Origin: a virus
DNA: 36,666 bases
IMG/VR virus record: IMGVR_UViG_3300012348_000044
Coordinates: 1-36,666 of that record
Reading direction: 5' to 3' (one strand)
How positions within the stretch are numbered: position 1 is the stretch's first letter; each line of letters begins with the position of its first letter. The notes under the pieces are model-generated. The model ran no database searches and was not told the origin of the DNA. It saw only the letters and a program-made list of their open reading frames with translations. Positions 1 to 5,923 of this stretch are shown one piece after another. The translations under genes and the position numbers were made by a program.

Positions 1-55
1 GAGGTTGGCCCGGGTGAGGTCGGCCCCGGCGAGGTAGGCCCCGGCGAGGTTGGCC
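1..55. repeat. Terminal overlap: nt 1-55 are identical to nt 36612-36666 (circular-contig signature)
   Basis: Direct comparison of the two ends: gaggttggcccgggtgaggtcggccccggcgaggtaggccccggcgaggttggcc is present at both. Confidence 0.9.
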
Positions 56-174
56 CGGGCGCTTACGGCTTTTTCAAGCGCATGGCGCATTTGCAATCCT
101 GACGCAGTGTCGTCTGGAAACTCGCATTCAAACAATACAGCGTCAGTGAATCGGTGTTTGATTTGATGTTTCAT
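1..174 (-). CDS. Pentapeptide-repeat protein, N-terminal part (the gene runs off the window start and continues at the window end)
   Basis: ATG at 174-172 on the complement. Translation MKHQIKHRFTDAVLFECEFPDDTASGLQMRHALEKAVSARANLAGAYLAGADLTRANL stays open to nt 1. After removing the 55-nt terminal overlap, the frame is continuous with the minus-strand ORF that stops at 36147 (58 + 154 = 212 aa). Confidence 0.8.
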   Translation of the reverse strand, partial: MKHQIKHRFTDAVLFECEFPDDTASGLQMRHALEKAVSARANLAGAYLAGADLTRANL

Positions 175-182
175 GTTTGCTT

Positions 183-824
183 TCAAAAAGTATGCTCGTT
201 GGCGATGCGCTCAATGACCTGGCGATAGTATTCACGGCCAGCCTCGACCTTTTCGATAATCTTGGCCTCCATTGCCTTGTCGCGCTCTTGATGCAGCAGG
301 GTGACGCGCAACTCGGGCGTGATGTGGTCAATGACGTGGAGTTGGCGATCCTCGTACCCGATCAATTCCTCTGGCGTGGAGACAAGGCAATAAGCAATGG
401 CCGCGCTGTCAACATCCCAAAGCCACATATAGGCCGCAAGCTGCCATGTGTAGGTCTTGTTTTCGCCATCCTCTGCAAGCGCCGGGAACGTGGCAAGCGA
501 CCACGAGGACTTGATGTCAATTATTTTTGACCCGGTGAAGATGTCGCACTCGCCGGTGATCCATTCATTGGTCTTGCGCTCGGTGTTCTTGGTGTAGCTG
601 GTGAACAAAACCGAGTTGAGCAATTCGATGGACTGATCCTCGACCTGGATGCCCTTCTGCATGGGCTTGCTGGAGATACGCTCGTCGTACCCGTACACCG
701 CCTCTTTTGCCAGCTTGGTGATGGCGGTCTTTGCGCCGACTGACAGCGTTTCTGTTTTGGCTTTGGGCTCGGTCATCAGGTCGGCCAGCGACGATGCGCG
801 GAAAATGATTTTGTGATCAAGCAT
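183..824 (-). CDS. Recombination exonuclease, PD-(D/E)XK (YqaJ / lambda Exo-like)
   Basis: D..(D/E)xK-type motif GECDIFTGSKIIDIKSS. It lies directly downstream of the ERF gene, overlapping it by 8 nt. Start chosen at the internal ATG 824 (MLDHKIIF...) because GGAGG lies 9 nt upstream; the ORF-track start at 860 would overlap erf by 44 nt. Confidence 0.65.
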   Translation of the reverse strand: MLDHKIIFRASSLADLMTEPKAKTETLSVGAKTAITKLAKEAVYGYDERISSKPMQKGIQVEDQSIELLNSVLFTSYTKNTERKTNEWITGECDIFTGSKIIDIKSSWSLATFPALAEDGENKTYTWQLAAYMWLWDVDSAAIAYCLVSTPEELIGYEDRQLHVIDHITPELRVTLLHQERDKAMEAKIIEKVEAGREYYRQVIERIANEHTF

Positions 825-1341
825 TTGCGAGAGCCTCCACCAAAATGGACTCTTGCTCACTTGTCAGGGCAAATGTTTCGCGCAGTTTGTCGGTTGAGTA
901 TTGCCCAGACTTGATGCGCTCAATGGCTTGCGCAAATCGCGCATTTGTCAGCGTCTCCTTTTTGCGTGGCTTGCTGGCCGCATTGCCATCATCGTCTTCT
1001 GGCGCGATACCGCAGGCAGACATGAGCGAATAGCGGCGGGCATACGTCAATGCCGAGCCATAGCCTTGCGGGTCTTGCTTGGCTGCTGGAACGTGCAAAC
1101 GGCCCGCGCTGAATGTCTCGCCAGACTCATGAATGAACAGCGTTTCAACAGTTACGCCGTGCTCGCACTCATGGGTTGGCTGCATGAGCATCACGCCGTT
1201 TTCGTTGAGCGCATCAACGACAGCTTCAACGCAGGCGGCCAGGTCTGCATAGCGCGATTTGAAGTGAGGGTTGGTTGACGACTTGAGCGCAGGGCCAAAA
1301 GCCTTCTGAGCCTTGACCAAAGCTGATGCAATTTTCTGCAT
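817..1341 (-). CDS. erf: ERF-family single-strand annealing protein (recombinase)
   Basis: Motifs NPHFKSRYADL and GSALTYARRYSL are typical of the ERF family. It is the first gene of the leftward operon and is followed by an exonuclease. Confidence 0.8.
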   Translation of the reverse strand: MQKIASALVKAQKAFGPALKSSTNPHFKSRYADLAACVEAVVDALNENGVMLMQPTHECEHGVTVETLFIHESGETFSAGRLHVPAAKQDPQGYGSALTYARRYSLMSACGIAPEDDDGNAASKPRKKETLTNARFAQAIERIKSGQYSTDKLRETFALTSEQESILVEALANA

Positions 1342-1477
1342 GATCTACTTTCGGTTTGCATGGCGACTGTGCCACGGGTTTTATTGTAATCTGATTTCAA
1401 GCAATCCGCGCAAAATAATTTGCACGCCGCGCAAAAAAATCACGCTACAATGGCGCATCAAATCAACTGGGGAACAA
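1342..1477. promoter_or_regulatory. Divergent early control region (candidate leftward and rightward promoters plus operators)
   Basis: A 136-nt gap separates the divergently transcribed erf and HTH genes. Direct repeats CCGCGCAAAATAAT (1406-1419) and CCGCGCAAAAAAAT (1427-1440) are phased 21 bp apart. TACAAT occurs on the + strand at 1446-1451 and on the - strand at 1383-1388. No canonical -35 box at 17 bp could be found. Confidence 0.4.
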
Positions 1478-1825
1478 ATGACAGAGCAAGAAGTCACAAA
1501 CGAGTCAGTCAAAGCACTGCGCAAATCACTTGGCATGGGCCAGGCTGAATTTTGGGGGCCGATTGGTGTGAAGCAAGCCGCAGCCAGTGGCTACGAGAAT
1601 GAAACGGCCATCCCAAAGCCCGTGCGCATCCTGGTGGTGGCTCGCTACGTTTGCGGCATCCACATCGACGCAGACACGGCAGATGGCGTTGAAGCAACAA
1701 AGCAGCTTGGAAACGTCCAGCAAAAGAAGATCAAGGCCAAAGCCATTGCAGGCGAGGTCAAGCAAGACCTGGCAAAAGCCGCCAAATCAATTCAAACTGC
1801 GCACGACGCGCTGAGTTCATACTGA
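1478..1825 (+). CDS. Cro/XRE-like helix-turn-helix regulator
   Basis: LRKSLGMGQAEFWGPIGVKQAAASGYENE resembles an XRE-type HTH. It is the first rightward gene. ATG 1478 was chosen because the longer ORF-track version (from 1313) would cross the divergent promoter region and overlap the erf start. Confidence 0.65.
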   Translation: MTEQEVTNESVKALRKSLGMGQAEFWGPIGVKQAAASGYENETAIPKPVRILVVARYVCGIHIDADTADGVEATKQLGNVQQKKIKAKAIAGEVKQDLAKAAKSIQTAHDALSSY

Positions 1826-1835
1826 AAGGAAGATC

Positions 1836-2258
1836 ATGGCTCAAATCACTGGAGTTTTTCGCATTGGCCGGGACGCTGAAGTCCGTCACACACCGCGCGG
1901 CGATGCTGTGGCGCAATTGTCGCTGGCCTACAACTACGGCAAAAAAGGCGACGATGGCAAGCGCCCATCGCAATGGATTGACGCAGCCATCTGGGGCAAG
2001 CGTGCCGAATCGCTCGCACCTTACCTGCTTAAAGGCTCGCAGATTTACGCCGTCCTGAGTGACCCGCATATCCAGACCTATGAAGGCAAAAACGGCCAAG
2101 GCCACAAGCTGGCCGCGACCGTGCTGGAGATTGAATTGATCGCGGGCCAACGCGACCAAGCACAACCGGCACAACGCCAAGAGCGCCCAGCGGCACGACC
2201 AGCGCCAGCGCAAGAAGCCAGTGGATTTGATGACATGGACAGCGACGTGCCATTCTGA
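1836..2258 (+). CDS. ssb: Single-stranded DNA-binding protein
   Basis: OB-fold N-terminus (MAQITGVFRIGRDAEVRHTPRGDAVAQLSLA), a Pro/Gln/Ala-rich linker and an acidic tail DDMDSDVPF. AAGGAAG RBS upstream. Confidence 0.9.
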   Translation: MAQITGVFRIGRDAEVRHTPRGDAVAQLSLAYNYGKKGDDGKRPSQWIDAAIWGKRAESLAPYLLKGSQIYAVLSDPHIQTYEGKNGQGHKLAATVLEIELIAGQRDQAQPAQRQERPAARPAPAQEASGFDDMDSDVPF

Positions 2259-2372
2259 CGCTTACGGGCTGAAAGCGGATGCTGTGAGCGTGGCGTATTG
2301 CAATGCACGGGCACCGTGCCACCAACAGACGCAGCAAGTAGGCCCACCATTTTTTTAACCAAGGAGAAAAGC

Positions 2373-2714
2373 ATGAACCAAGAGCAAATCGCCCGTGTCT
2401 GCCACGAAGTTAACCGCGCTTATTGCGAATCGCTTGGAGACAACAGCCAGCCATCATGGGAAGGCGCTCCTCAGTGGCAAAAAGACAGCGCCATGCTTGG
2501 CGTGAAATTGCACACTGAGAATGATGTTGGCCCAGAGGCAAGTCATCAAAGCTGGATGGCGCAAAAAGTTGCTGAAGGTTGGATTTATGGCCCAACAAAA
2601 GACCCAGAGGCAAAGACACACCATTGCATCGTGCCATTTGATATGCTGCCACGCGAGCAACAGGCCAAGGATTTCATTTTCCGAGCCGTTGTCCATGCTT
2701 TGCGCTCTGCTTGA
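2373..2714 (+). CDS. RyR-domain (ryanodine-receptor repeat-like) protein
   Basis: SWMAQKVAEGWIYGPTKDPEAKTHHCIVPFDMLPREQQAKD matches the W..EK..GW.YG...D...K.HP.LVPY..L pattern of the RyR domain. AAGGAG lies upstream of ATG 2373. Confidence 0.65.
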   Translation: MNQEQIARVCHEVNRAYCESLGDNSQPSWEGAPQWQKDSAMLGVKLHTENDVGPEASHQSWMAQKVAEGWIYGPTKDPEAKTHHCIVPFDMLPREQQAKDFIFRAVVHALRSA

Positions 2715-3238
2715 TGGCTAAATTTACCATCCAGCGCACCGGTCAAGCCATCCCCGCAGAACTGGAGGGCGCACGCGCCCTTCTTTTCAAATGCTTTGAA
2801 GGCCGCACCGACGAAGACACATCCGCATGGAAAAAGCTGTGGTCACGGCTTATCAAGTCCGAGCCCGGCCAGATCGTCAACATGGAGGCATCGTTTCCGC
2901 GAAACGTTCGTTTTCATCGAAAGTTCTTTGCTCTGCTTAACCTCGGCTTTGAGGCATGGACACCGGCCACCAAATTCAAAGGCATGGACATTGCCAAAGA
3001 CTTTGATCAGTTTAGATCAGATGTGACCATCCTTGCGGGTTTCTACGACCAAGCCTTCACCCTTGATGGCACGATGACGCTGAAAGCCAAATCGATCAGC
3101 TTTGGCCGAATGGAAGAACCCGAGTTTGAGAAACTCTATTCCGCCGTGGTGAACGTCCTGCTTGCGCGAGTGCTGACCACGTACGAAAACCGCGAGCAAT
3201 TGGATGCCGTGGTTGACCAGATACTTGGCATGGCATGA
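2714..3238 (+). CDS. Hypothetical nin-region-like protein (DUF1367-like)
   Basis: RNVRFHRKFFALLNLGF resembles DUF1367 as I remember it. TGATG junction with the upstream gene. The family assignment is from memory only. Confidence 0.45.
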   Translation: MAKFTIQRTGQAIPAELEGARALLFKCFEGRTDEDTSAWKKLWSRLIKSEPGQIVNMEASFPRNVRFHRKFFALLNLGFEAWTPATKFKGMDIAKDFDQFRSDVTILAGFYDQAFTLDGTMTLKAKSISFGRMEEPEFEKLYSAVVNVLLARVLTTYENREQLDAVVDQILGMA

Positions 3239-3558
3239 GATTCCCAAAACACAACTACATCCGAAGCAAAACGCTGCTGCGCAACGCCCGCGAGATATCC
3301 TGCCAGCATTGCGGCGCTGACGATGGGACTGTGGTGGCCGCGCACACCAACCACGGCGGCGGCAAGGGTCGCGGCATCAAGGCATCAGACAACCTGATCG
3401 CATCGCTTTGCTTTCGATGCCATCATGCGCTTGACCAAGGCGCATCAATGACCAAAGACGAGCGCCAGACAATGTGGCAGGCGGCGCACGCCAAGACAGT
3501 GGAAAAGCTGACAAAGCTGGGATTGTGGCCCGATGATGTGCCACTGCCTGAAAATTAG
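3235..3558 (+). CDS. YbcO/DUF1364-like putative Zn-dependent nuclease
   Basis: CQHCG...TVVAAHTN..GGKGRGIKASD..IASLC..CHH..D resembles the Cys/His pattern of lambdoid YbcO. ATGA overlap with the upstream gene. Confidence 0.5.
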   Translation: MRFPKHNYIRSKTLLRNAREISCQHCGADDGTVVAAHTNHGGGKGRGIKASDNLIASLCFRCHHALDQGASMTKDERQTMWQAAHAKTVEKLTKLGLWPDDVPLPEN

Positions 3559-3593
3559 GATACAATAAAATTCCCTAAAACAATTCAGCGAAA

Positions 3594-4106
3594 GTGAAGA
3601 TGAGAGTTCAAAAAGTACACACGATAGAAAGCCTCATGGCGCGGACTATTGAGATCGGCGACTGCATGGAGTGGACTGGATACTGCCAAAACGAAACACC
3701 ATTCGTGGTGTCTGGTGGAGTCAAGTGGATGGTGCGCAGATTGGTTAAGCATTTGCAAGGCAGGCCGCTTTACCCTGGCGTCCACTTTGGCACGCATTGT
3801 GGAAATCCAAAGTGCGTAAATCCTGACCACATCGCAGAGCGCAGAAAAGCCGATCACATGAGGCTCATGGCAAAAAACGTCGATCACAATCACCCGATTC
3901 GCATTGCCAAGCTGCAAAAAGCAGCAGAGTCTCGCCGAGTGCTGTCTGATGAGAGCTTGGCAATGATTCGCAGCGATGACCGCAATGACCGCATTGTTGC
4001 CGCTGATTTTGGTGTCAGCAAAAGCCTCATCAATAAAATTAGGCAGAACAAATCACGAAAGATTGTCAACGCCTCAGTCAATCCATTTGCAGGTCTGATG
4101 CGATGA
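3594..4106 (+). CDS. HNH_3-like zinc-loop domain plus C-terminal HTH protein (homing-endonuclease-like or regulator)
   Basis: CMEWTGYC...CGNPKCVNPDHI motif, and C-terminal ADFGVSKSLINKIRQNK (HTH-like). GTG at 3594; an alternative ATG lies at 3600. Confidence 0.5.
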   Translation: MKMRVQKVHTIESLMARTIEIGDCMEWTGYCQNETPFVVSGGVKWMVRRLVKHLQGRPLYPGVHFGTHCGNPKCVNPDHIAERRKADHMRLMAKNVDHNHPIRIAKLQKAAESRRVLSDESLAMIRSDDRNDRIVAADFGVSKSLINKIRQNKSRKIVNASVNPFAGLMR

Positions 4107-4567
4107 GAAAGCGCAGTTCATACCGACCAAAAGGAATCCGGCCAGACGCTGTGTCTTATGTCCTTTCAAGCATCAAGCCGCTGTCCAAAGTTGATGACGC
4201 ATTGACCACGCTCAAGATCAAAAACCATGGCGCGATGGCCGCAGTCACGCAAGGCTACGCTTGCCGCGATGATATGGACTTGCTGATAGCGGCCATGAAC
4301 ATTGCAGAAGCGTTTTGCATCAAAGGCATCGGCTCTGACTACTACCCACAAATCCGGGCAGGCCAAGACGCATTGCAGGCACTTTGCAAGCGCGGCGTCG
4401 ATCGAGGTGATCGCTTTATTTTCAAATCCGAAGAAATGCAGGCATTGAACCTGGCGATGGAAGTTCACGATGCACAGCTTGAAGTTGCGACAGTTAAGCA
4501 GCTTGAGCAAGCCGTGGAGTTTGTCCGCGAAACCATCCGACTTGGCAAAGCCAGGAAAATCATATGA
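4103..4567 (+). CDS. Hypothetical protein
   Basis: 154-aa ORF with ATGA overlaps at both ends. No motif recognised. Confidence 0.55.
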   Translation: MRKRSSYRPKGIRPDAVSYVLSSIKPLSKVDDALTTLKIKNHGAMAAVTQGYACRDDMDLLIAAMNIAEAFCIKGIGSDYYPQIRAGQDALQALCKRGVDRGDRFIFKSEEMQALNLAMEVHDAQLEVATVKQLEQAVEFVRETIRLGKARKII

Positions 4568-4671
4568 CTTGGCCATTCCCGCCACCTACCGGCCCAACCC
4601 CGTGGACTGCCAAGCAAAAGGCAGAATACGAACGCGCCAAGCGAAACCAACAAGGCGAGGCTCCTTGGTGA
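4564..4671 (+). CDS. Hypothetical small protein (35 aa, Pro-rich)
   Basis: MTWPFPPPTGPTPWTAKQKAEYERAKRNQQGEAPW. ATGA overlap upstream and GTGA overlap downstream. It is too short for the ORF track and is supported only by its coupling geometry. Confidence 0.3.
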   Translation: MTWPFPPPTGPTPWTAKQKAEYERAKRNQQGEAPW

Positions 4672-4871
4672 AGCCGATATGCGCTCTTTGTGGCCGACCA
4701 ACCAGGCCATTTGTCATGATTGGCCGCGAGGCTATTGGCCCGAAGTGCGCAGCCAAATCTGGCCTGATGCCAAAGTCCTGGCGCAATAGTCGGCTGAAAT
4801 TTATCAAGCCGATCAAAGCTGAAAGCAATGGCCAAGGCGATTTATTCGCCGACCAAAAGGAAATCACATGA
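4668..4871 (+). CDS. Hypothetical small Cys-containing protein
   Basis: GTG start in a GTGA overlap. (M)KPICALCGRPTRPFVMIGREAIGPKCAAK. Ends in an ATGA overlap with the MTase-like gene. Confidence 0.35.
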   Translation: MKPICALCGRPTRPFVMIGREAIGPKCAAKSGLMPKSWRNSRLKFIKPIKAESNGQGDLFADQKEIT

Positions 4872-5443
4872 AAAAATTTAAAGTATTGATTGGTTGTGAA
4901 TATTCAGGCGCAGTGCGCGATGAATTCATCAAGCGAGGCCATGATGCAATGAGTTGCGATTTGTTGGATACAGACGCGCCGGGGCCTCATTACAAAGGCA
5001 GTGTTTTTGATGTCATTGACTATCCTTGGGATATTGCGATCTTTCACCCGCCATGCACACATCTGTCGGTGTCAGGCGCTCGTCACTTTGCGGCAAAGTG
5101 GACGGATGGAAGGCAAGCCGAAGCCGTGGCGTTTTTTATGAAATTGCAGCGGGCATCAGCACACATCCCAAAAACGGCCACCGAAAACCCAGTTTGCATT
5201 ATGTCAAGCCTTTGGCGCAAGCCAGACCAAGTAATCCAGCCGTGGCAATATGGGCACGGAGAAACCAAGGCAACTTGTCTGTGGTTAAAAGGCTTGCCAT
5301 TGCTGACACCGACCAACATCGTTGAAGGCCGAGAGCAGCGCATCCATTTGATGCCACCAAGCGAAGACCGCTGGAAGTTGCGCAGCACGACTTATGCTGG
5401 GATTGCAGCCGCAATGGCCGAGCAGTGGGGTAATCATGATTGA
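4868..5443 (+). CDS. Miniature DNA cytosine-C5 methyltransferase-like protein
   Basis: FHPPCTHLSVSG resembles motif IV (PC.. catalytic Cys). TENP resembles motif VI (ENV). N-terminal VLIGCEYSGAVRDEF sits at the motif I position. At only 191 aa it has no room for a TRD or motifs IX-X. Confidence 0.6.
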   Translation: MKKFKVLIGCEYSGAVRDEFIKRGHDAMSCDLLDTDAPGPHYKGSVFDVIDYPWDIAIFHPPCTHLSVSGARHFAAKWTDGRQAEAVAFFMKLQRASAHIPKTATENPVCIMSSLWRKPDQVIQPWQYGHGETKATCLWLKGLPLLTPTNIVEGREQRIHLMPPSEDRWKLRSTTYAGIAAAMAEQWGNHD

Positions 5444-5792
5444 ACTAACACTGCCTTGGCCATCGCCAGACCTAAGCCCAAACGTGCGCGGCCACTGGGC
5501 CATAAAAGCCCGAGCAGCCAAAGCCTACCGCCAGGCATGCTACATCACCGCAAAGCAGCAAGGCCTGACTCGCATTGACGCGCCACGCCTGCACGCCACG
5601 ATCACTTTCTACCCGCCATCAAAGCGCAGGATTGACCTTGACAACTGCATCGCCAGGATCAAGCAAGCCATCGACGCTGTGGCCGAGATCAGCGGCGTTG
5701 ACGACAGCAAGTGGACGATGAGTTTTTCCTTCGCTGGTGAGGTCGGCGGGATGGTGAAAATAAATCTTGAACCGATGTTTTTGGTCGGTTAA
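5436..5792 (+). CDS. rusA: RusA-family Holliday junction resolvase
   Basis: LPWPSPDLSPNVRGHWA...KAYR and IDLDNCIARIKQAIDAV...DD are typical RusA motifs. ATG 5436 overlaps the upstream gene by 8 nt. Confidence 0.8.
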   Translation: MIELTLPWPSPDLSPNVRGHWAIKARAAKAYRQACYITAKQQGLTRIDAPRLHATITFYPPSKRRIDLDNCIARIKQAIDAVAEISGVDDSKWTMSFSFAGEVGGMVKINLEPMFLVG

Positions 5793-5806
5793 GATATCAA
5801 CTTGAT

Positions 5807-5848
5807 GGCTTAGATGTTGCACGGACTAGGTGCAGATACATCTAAGCC
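5807..5848 (+). promoter_or_regulatory. Long stem-loop (16 bp stem with a 3-nt bulge, loop GGACTAG)
   Basis: GGCTTAGATGT (5807-5817) pairs with ACATCTAAGCC (5838-5848). TGCAC (5818-5822) pairs with GTGCA (5830-5834). No U-run follows. Confidence 0.6.
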
Positions 5849-5860
5849 TTCATTGGCTGA

Positions 5861-5911
5861 CCCATGAATGTCCGATGCTAGTCCCATCGGCTTTCATGGG
5901 TTTTCTTTTTT
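5861..5911 (+). terminator. Rho-independent terminator closing the early/nin block
   Basis: CCCATGAA (5861-5868) pairs with TTCATGGG (5893-5900). An inner stem pairs CCGATG with CATCGG, with loop CTAGTCC. The hairpin is followed by TTTTCTTTTTT (5901-5911). Confidence 0.75.
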
Positions 5912-5923
5912 GGAGAGTCAGAA

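Noticed and set aside
1313-1477. The long version of the first rightward ORF (170 aa, starting at 1313).
   Set aside because: It would begin inside the erf coding sequence and run through the divergent promoter region, and the extra N-terminal residues look non-protein-like. ATG 1478 gives a compact HTH protein.
5807-5911. The structured RNA region was checked as a possible tRNA or tmRNA-like gene.
   Set aside because: It has no acceptor-stem pairing of the 5' and 3' ends, no T-loop (GTTCRANNC) or D-loop motifs, and no cloverleaf. It folds as two independent hairpins, the second being a terminator.
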